Origin: the human T2T-CHM13v2.0 reference genome, Homo sapiens
Assembly (NCBI RefSeq): GCF_009914755.1
Contig: NC_060945.1
Strand: one strand, 5' to 3'
Length of the DNA stretch: 64,000 bases
Shown: positions 52,656 to 64,000 of the stretch, piece after piece
Layout of the letters: each line of letters starts with the position of its first letter
Numbering within the stretch: position 1 is the first letter of the stretch
Notes under the pieces: model-generated
The model's database searches: none
What the model saw: only the letters and a program-made list of their open reading frames with translations
Told to the model about the DNA's origin: nothing
Position numbers and translations under genes: made by a program

Positions 52656-53613
52656 GGTCCTTACTGCAGGAAAGGGTATGATATCTCACCAATTCATTTA
52701 GTCCTGTGTAATGAATCCTCATTCCACTGGATCTTGGGCTAGTAGTCTCAGGAAGCCATCTGCTTCTCAACTAAAGTTCTGGAAATTTTGACTAAGCCCA
52801 CTGGTATGGCCTCAGTTCTTTAAGCAATACCATCAGAAACCTGTACTCCAAAGTTTCTAGCATATAATCCTTTATGACAGGCTTCTGAGCAGTCATTCTT
52901 CACGGAAGGTGATGCATTCTGGCCTGTAGCTGAGCAGAGCTGAGCAGTCCGACATGTAACTTCATTGAGAACCAGACCGCAGAGTTCAAGGAGGCCTTCC
53001 AGCTGTTTGACTGAATGGGTGATGGCAAGGCCCTTACAGCCAGTATGGGGACATGACGAGGGCCTTGGGCCAGAGCCCCACCAATGCCGAGGTGCTCCAG
53101 GTCCTGGGGGAACCTCAGGAGTGATGAGATGAATGTGAAGGTGCTGGACTTTGAGCACTTCCTGCCCATGCTGCAGACTGTGGCCAGGAACAAGGACTAG
53201 GGTGCCTAGTTTTAGGATTATGTCCGAGTCCAAGGATTATATGGAAGGTCTTTGGGTGTTTGACAAGGAAGAGAAGGGCACCATCATGGGCGCTGAAATC
53301 CGGCAAGTCCTTGTCATACTGGGTGGGAAGATGACAGAGGCAGAAGTAGAGATGCTGGCGGCCGGGCATGAGGACAGCAATGGTTGTCAACTCTGAAGAG
53401 CTCGTCTGTGTGGTGCTGAGTAGCTGGGCACATTCCCAGCATCCCCCCAGCCCTGTCCTTTGCCCTGTGAGACACTGTGTATCTAGCCCCGAAGGCTTTC
53501 TGGTCACAGCACCCTTCCCATCTTGTCTCTTTTGGATAATGCTTGCCATGAGCATTCACCAATAAACTTGTTCTCTGTTCCCCCCAACCCAAAACCCTCA
53601 AACAAACAAACAA
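52656..53613 (+). pseudogene. MYL6P2: Processed myosin light chain 6 pseudogene (probably MYL6P2)
   Basis: Intronless MYL6-like sequence (EFKEAFQLFD..., [41 protein letters not shown]); start codon decayed to ACA (52952); stops TGA 53012 and TAG 53198; frameshifts; AATAAA 53561; degraded A-tail; 13-bp TSD AAACTACAAGATG at 52643-52655 and 53614-53626. The P2 number is from locus recall. Confidence 0.92.
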
Positions 53614-54325
53614 AAACTACAAGATGAGCAACAGAGAGAATGAACAGTGTTCAGGCCTCCATTCAAGAAGACCAGAGGGAAGAAGGCATCAAACATAAAA
53701 TAAAACACAAAGAAATAGAAATTGTGAGTGAAAGGTACAAGTTTGCAAGTCAGATGCTAGAGACCTGATATGTGCACGAGAGGAGTTCCAGAAACAACAA
53801 AAGACCAGATGGAAGAGGGCTAATCATTCGAGAGATGCCAGGGTCTTCCAGTTGGAGATGCTGCTGCAGCCCCCTCCATCCCCTTATCTTATGACTGCAG
53901 GAAAACCAGAAAGGGTGCTGCCTGAGGACTAGAAACTATGGGAGAATCCCTGAAAGGTTAGAAAGCAAAAACATTTGGTTTGAAGAAGGAAATCAAGGTC
54001 CAAATGCCTGTCAGAGATGGGAGTGGCTCTGTGGGCCCTGCACAGCCTCAGTGGTGTGTTCCAGTTGCAGGAAGGGCCTGGGCATGGGCTTGGAGCTTGA
54101 AAGGCAGAGCCCACTTCCATCCTGCTCTTAGACCTGGCAGGGGTCAACACAGTGGTCAACAGAGTGATCAACAGGGCAGGGCAGTGAGCACTGAGTTGGG
54201 TGGGGAGGCACAGCAGGTCTGAGGGAGGTATTCTTACTCCAGAGGGACAGAGAGAAGTTTAGATACTGGCAGTCAGCCTCAACCCTGGCTGCACATTAGA
54301 AATCTCTGGGGAGCTGTTAAAGCTA

Positions 54326-54365
54326 TTAGGTTGGTGCAAGAGTAATTGCGGTTTTTGCCATTAAA
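54326..54365 (+). mobile_element. Half MADE1 (Hsmar1 terminal inverted repeat) within a MER5-like element
   Basis: TA-TTAGGTTGGTGCAAGAGTAATTGCGGTTTTTGCCATTA matches the MADE1/Hsmar1 end. Confidence 0.8.
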
Positions 54366-55366
54366 AATAGTATGCCAGGGCTACATTTGAGAGCAATTAA
54401 GCAGAAGCTTCAGTCAGGGAGCTCCCAGGTGAACCTAATGTTTTATCAATGTGGAGAGCCACTTCTGTAAAGGAAAACATTGAATAATAGTGAAATCAAG
54501 AATTGTAAACTATCTTGGAAAGATCTAGGAGTTCTGGTATCACTAGTGAGTTCATCACTGTGGATGGAACTATGTGAGAAAGGAGATATAGGAAAATATC
54601 CATTACAAGGATTCTGTTCATGGATGAGGGTATGGAGAAAAGAAGGGAAATAAGTGTAAGTGTTCGAAAGGGCGCATCTCAATTGCAGGTGAACTATCTT
54701 GATGGGAACCCATGTATTGTGTAACTGTGAATGTTAATAGAGAATTATGTTTAATGATGACTATTATGAATAGGAAACTAAACAGTAGTGAGATAGAGAA
54801 GCATTTCAGAACATTTATGTTAACAAGGCCGGGAGGCAGAGCTGAGGAAAACAGAGTGAAGAGAAACTTTAGCCAGCAATAGTAAGGAAAGGGAAAAAGC
54901 ATAAGAGAGAAGACAGGCTGTCATGAATTAATACAGCAGAAGCATTTGAACTAACTATATCAGTTGTTCTAATAAATTTGAAAAGGCTAAAATTCCCTGG
55001 AAGAAAAGAGACGATCCGTTTGGATTTTTGCACAGCTGTTCTGCAGTTGAGAATATCTCCGACCATGATTGTGCATTTTCTGTTCCTCCCTTTAATCCTG
55101 TCAATTTATTCTTCTTGTATTTTAAAAATTTATATTATTAGGCACATTTGTATTTATAATTGTTACAGCTTCTGTAATTATCAGCTGTCTTTTACAATTT
55201 CTGGTAACGCCCTTTGTCTTTATATCTGTATTATATAAAGCTACTCTAGATTTCTTATGCTTATGGTTTGCCTGGGATAGTTTTTCCATCGATTTCCTTT
55301 CAACTTCCTATGTCTTTGTTTTTATAATATGTTTTTTGGAGACAGCATCTGATTGGGTTTTGTGCA

Positions 55367-56546
<1,180 letters not shown>

Positions 56547-56700
56547 TGGTCTCCCATTTTTATTCCTCTGTTGTATGCTTTTTTGCTTTCTTTTGGGCTT
56601 TATGAATGTGTTTTAGACTTCCTTTTTAACTTATCTATTGTATTTTTAACTATGCCTCTTGGCATTATTTGGTAGTGGTTGTTCTAGTGGCTATAATATG

Positions 56701-57074
56701 TATGTATTTTTTAAGTTTTTTATTTCCATAGGTTTTTGGGGGACAGGTGGTATTTGGTTACACAAGTTCTTTAGCGGTGATTTGTGAGATTTTGGTGCAC
56801 CCATCACCCAAGCAGTGTACACTGCACCCTATTTGTCGTCTTTTATCCTTCACCCCCTTCCCACCCTTTCCCCCTGAGTCCCCAAAGTCCATTGTGTCAT
56901 TCTTATGTCTTTGCGTCCTCATAGTTTAGCTCCCACTTTTGAGTGAGAACATACGATGTTTGGTTTTCCATTTCTGAGTTACTTCACTTAGAATAATAGT
57001 CTCCAATTCCATCCAAGTTGCTGCGAATGCCATTAATTCATTCCTTTTTATGGCTGAGTAGTTTCCCTTGGTGG

Positions 57075-57126
<52 letters not shown>

Positions 57127-58664
57127 CACATTTTCTTTATCCACTTGTTGATTGATGGGCTTTTGGGTTGGTTCCATATTTTGGCAATTGCGCATTGTGC
57201 TGCCATAAATGTGTGTGCAAGTATCTTTTTTGTATAATGACTTCTTTTCCTCTGGGTAGATACCCAGTAGTGGGATTTCTGGATCAAATGGTAGTTCTAC
57301 TTTTAGTTCTTTAAGAAATATCCATACTGTTTTCCATAGTGGCTGTACTAGTTTGCATTTCCACCAGCAGTGTAGAAGTGTTCCCTGTTCACTGCATCCA
57401 CGCCAACACCTATATTTTTTGATTTTTTGATTATGGCCATTCTTGCAGGAGTAAGGTGGTATCACATTGTAGTTTTGGTTTGCATTTCCCTGATCATTAG
57501 TGATGTTGAGCATTTTTGCATATGTTTCTTGGCCATTTGTATATCTTCTTTTGAGAATTGTCTATTCATGTCCTTAGCCCACTTTTTGATGGGACGTTTT
57601 TTCTTGATAATTTATTTGAGTTCATTGTAGATTCTGGATATTAGTCCTTTGTCAGGTACATAGATTGTTAATATTTTCTCCCATTCTGTGGGTTGTCTGT
57701 TTACTATGCTGACTGTTCCTTTTGCCGTGCAAAAGCTCTTTAGTTTAATTCAGTCCCAGCTATTTATCTTTGTTTTTATTGCATTTGCTTTTGGGTTCTT
57801 GGTCATGAAATCCTTGCCTAAGTCAATGTCTACAAGGGTTTTTCTGATGTTATCTTCTAGAATTTTTATAGTTTCAGGTCTTAGATTTAAGTCCATGATC
57901 CATCTTGAGTTGATATTTGTATAAGGTGAGAGATGAGGATCCAGTCATTCTCCTACATGTGGCTTGCCAATTATCCCAGCACCATTTGTTGAATAGGGTG
58001 TCCTTTCCCCACTTTATGTTTTTGTTTGCTTTGTCAAAGATCGTTGGCTGTAAGTATTTGGTATTATTTCTGGGTTCTCTATTCTGTTTCATTGGTCTAT
58101 GTGCCTATTTTTATACCAGTACCATGCTGTTTTGGTGACTATGGCCTTATACTATAGTTTGAAATCAGGTAACATGATGCCTCCAGATTTGTTCTTTTTG
58201 TTTAGTCTTGCTTTGGCTATGTGGGCTCTTTTATGGTTCCATATGAACTTTAGGATTGTTTTTTCTAGTTCTGTGAGGAATGATGGTGGTATTTTGATGG
58301 GAATTGCATTGAATTTGTAGATTGCATTTGGCCGTGTGGTCATTTTCATAATATTGATTCTACCCATTCATGAGCATGGGATGTATTTCCATTTGTTTGT
58401 GTCGTCTATGATTTCTTTCAGCAGTTTTGTAATTTTCCTTGTAGAGGTCTTTCACCTCCTTGGTTAGGTATATTCCTAAGTATTTTATTTTTTTGCAGCT
58501 ATTGTAAAAGTAGTTGAGATCTTGATTTGATTCTCACTTGGTCACTGTTGGTGTATAGGAGAGCTACTGATTTGTGTACATTAATTTCATATCTGGAAAC
58601 TTTGCTGAATTCTTTTATTAGTTCTAAGAGCTTTTTGGAGGAGTCTTTGGGGTTTTCTAGGTGT
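56701..58664 (-). mobile_element. 5'-truncated L1PB-type LINE-1 (ORF2 C-terminus plus 3' UTR)
   Basis: ORF fragments [14 protein letters not shown]...[39 protein letters not shown]; L1PB-like 3' UTR; flanking tataatat repeat. Confidence 0.9.
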
Positions 58665-58849
58665 ATAATATATATTCTTAACATCTCACAGTCTACTTAG
58701 ACTTAATGTTATAACACTTTCATGTAATATGTAGAAACATTGCCATCATATGCATCCATTGACTGTTTCCCATCCTTTATGCTATACGATCATGTGTATC
58801 ACATTTCCATATACCATTAACTCTACTATGTAATATTCCCATTGAACAG

Positions 58850-58881
<32 letters not shown>

Positions 58882-58939
58882 TTTTTTTTTTTAAGTAGGA
58901 GGTAATCTTTTGTGCTTACCCAGACTTTTAAATTTCTGA

Positions 58940-60000
58940 TGCCTTATGAAGAGTGAAGTTTCCATCTGGTGTCATTTTCTTTCAGCCCAAAGAACTTCCT
59001 TTAGTCCTTTAGCATTGTTTCATAGTGAAGGTCTGCTGGCAATAAGTTCTTTACTTTTCTTTTATCTGAAGTGTCTTTACTTTGCTTTCATTCTTGAGGG
59101 ATATTTCACCGGATATAAGATTCTTAGTTGACAGGTTTTTTTCCTTTCAACACCTTGGATGTGTTTTTTTCCCTTCTGTCTTCTGATCTCCATAGTTTCT
59201 GATGAGACATGATCTTGTTTCCTGTAGATAGTGTATGATTTTTCTCTGGGTGCTTTTAAGATTTTCATTTTATCTTTGGTCTGCAGCCATTTGATTATGA
59301 TATGCCTACCTATGTTTTTTTTTGTGTACTTATTATTATTGGGGTTTTCTGAGAGTCTTGAATCTATATCATTTACCAAATTTAGAAAATTTTCAACCAT
59401 TATATTTTCAAATATTATTTCTGCTCCATTTGTTTTCATTTCCCCTTCTGGCACTCTAATTACATATATGTTAAATCTTTTGTTATTATTCCACATTTCC
59501 CTAAGGCTTAAAATTTTTTCAGTCTTGTTTTTCTTTGATCTTCATATTGGATAATTTCTATTGATTTATTTTAAGTTCACTTATTTTTGTATTTGTCATT
59601 TTCATTCTGCATCCAGTCTAGTAATTTTTTTATTTCATATATTGTATTTTTCAATTCTGAAATGTTACACTTGTTTGATTTTTTTAATTTCTATTTTTCT
59701 ATTGAGAATCAGTTGTTTCGTTCATTGCAAGCATGTTTGCCTTTACATCTTTGAGAATAGTTTTAATAGCTGCTTTAAAATCCTTGTCTGCAAATTCCAG
59801 CATCCAGGTCTTTTCTGTGTTGGTCTTCATTGGTTGTTTTTTTCTCTTGAGAATGAGTAACATTTTCCTGGTTCCTTGTATGTTAAGTATTTTGGATGGT
59901 ATCTTGAACATAGTGAGTCTTGTGTTGTGGAGATTCTGTATTTTGTTACATTCTTCTGAAAAACATTGACTATTGTGTTTGTTTCAGCAGGCATTTACTT
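58940..60000 (-). mobile_element. Old L1M ORF1-region fragment
   Basis: ORF 59077..59496 shows L1 ORF1p motifs (NIYVIRVPEGE, IFENIMVENF, RHIIIK, ILKAPREK, RILYPVK). Confidence 0.8.
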
Positions 60001-60112
60001 TGTTGGACCCAAACAGCAAACTCTATGTTTCTAGTAGCAGCTATCCTATTACTTAGGATACTTTCAGTTGTACCAAGATCAATCTCAGTTATGAATCAGA
60101 GGGTAAAAGTCT

Positions 60113-60408
<296 letters not shown>

Positions 60409-60414
60409 CTTCTG

Positions 60415-62770
<2,356 letters not shown>

Positions 62771-63378
62771 TGTTCCCATTTCTGTTTCAAAACCACAAAA
62801 ATAAAAGAAAAATGACAATCAATTCCCCCTTAAAATAGCTTTTATGTATTAGGATGCAGAGGTACCGTATCACATTTTTAATACTGATTATCACAGGAGG
62901 GTGGGATTGGAGGGTGTGTGTGTGTGGCTTAATTTGCTCCCATGAGCTTGCAGAGCCTCTGTAATAAAAATAACCTGATATTTTAAAAGGCTGGGACCCA
63001 TTTTGTAAGTTAAAAGAGCATCAGGGAGGAGGTGTAGACCTAGTCCTTCCCCTAACTCACAATGTGACATTTTCTGCCTTTATTTTCCTGTCTCTGAAGT
63101 GTGGGTGGTAATGACTGCCCTACCTACTTAGTGAAGATTAAGGATGAAGAGAAATATAGTTTGAATAGTTAAGACATTGAAATGCAAGCTATTATCCTTA
63201 AGAAAATTCTCAAACACTCTCACTTTACATAATGCGGGTGACAAAATCACCCAAGGAAGCATCGTCCCTTCCCAATGGTGATGTAGTGGGAGAGGCACTG
63301 AGCACCACAGAGGTAAACACTGGTGTCTCGAGCCATCGTCCCCATGCCCGTTTCCTCAAAATGTCTACTTGGTCCTAA

Positions 63379-64000
63379 TCTCTCTCTCTCTCTATCCATC
63401 CACCTGTCCATCTATCATCTATCTATTATCTATTCATCTGTCTAATCAATCATCTATCATCTGTATCTATCCATCTGTATTAGTCTATTTTCATACTGCA
63501 ATAAAGAACTGCCCAAGACTGGGTAATTTATAAAGGAAAGAGGTTTAATTGACTCACAGTTCAGCATGGCTGGGGAAGCCTCAGGAAACTTAGTCATGGT
63601 GGAAGGTGAAGGGGAAGCAAGGCACCTTCTTCACAAGGCAGCAGGAAGGAGAAGTGCTGAACGAAGAGGGAAGAACCCCTTATAAAACCATTAGATCTCG
63701 TGAGAACTCACTCACCATCATGAGGACAGCATGGAGGAAACCACCCCATGATTCAGTTACCTCCATCTGGTCTCTCTCTTGACATGTGGGGATTATTGAC
63801 ATTATGGGGATTATAATTCAAGATGAGATTTGAGTGGGGACACAAAGCCTAACCATATTATCATCCATCCATCCACCTATCTATCATCTGTCTATCTGTC
63901 TATCTATCTATGTCTGTCTGCCTGCCTACCCATCTGTTTGCCCATCCATCCATTCCTCCGTCTGTCTGTCTGTCTCTGAACATTATCCATCCATCCATCT
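63379..64000. repeat. (TCTA/TCCA/TCTG)n compound tetranucleotide repeat split by the THE1 LTR
   Basis: Directly visible on both sides of the LTR. Confidence 0.85.
63476..63860 (-). mobile_element. THE1C/D-like solo LTR
   Basis: tgtattagtctattttcatactgc...ggggacacaaagcctaaccatatta. Confidence 0.88.

Noticed and set aside
53151-53396. 81-aa ORF with an EF-hand-like MYL6 segment
   Set aside because: Residual frame of the disabled pseudogene; non-ATG start and frameshifted ends.
56926-59496. ORFs resembling L1 ORF2p and ORF1p
   Set aside because: Fragmented, frameshifted remnants of two separate old LINE-1 insertions; not an active element.

Overview
Human genomic DNA (Alu/L1/MIR/L2/MaLR-rich; contains a human-specific AluYb8). 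It matches the LCA5L/SH3BGR locus on chr21q22.2. Three in-frame coding exons of SH3BGR lie on the + strand (16531/16720-16764, 27002-27187, 39762-39842); the acidic C-terminal exons are not in the window. A CpG-island bidirectional promoter (about 9990-10670; NRF1 palindrome, RFX X-boxes) appears to drive a minus-strand gene, of which only non-coding 5' exons are here (about 10348-10400, 8754-8820, 33-186). That gene is called LCA5L from known synteny, not from coding sequence. SH3BGR intron 3 holds two processed pseudogenes, MYL6-like (+) and RPS26-like (-). The most notable structures are: a 254-bp insertion in the MYL6 retrocopy 5' UTR that matches a segment 2.5 kb upstream; a PATRR-like AT-rich array flanked by inverted arms; a dense GATA/T-box/NKX2-5/MEF2 motif cluster in intron 3; junction-spanning uORFs in the LCA5L leader; and a nested palindrome inside an Alu. 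I see no evidence of a wholly new gene system. Repeat boundaries and subfamily calls were made by eye and are approximate.
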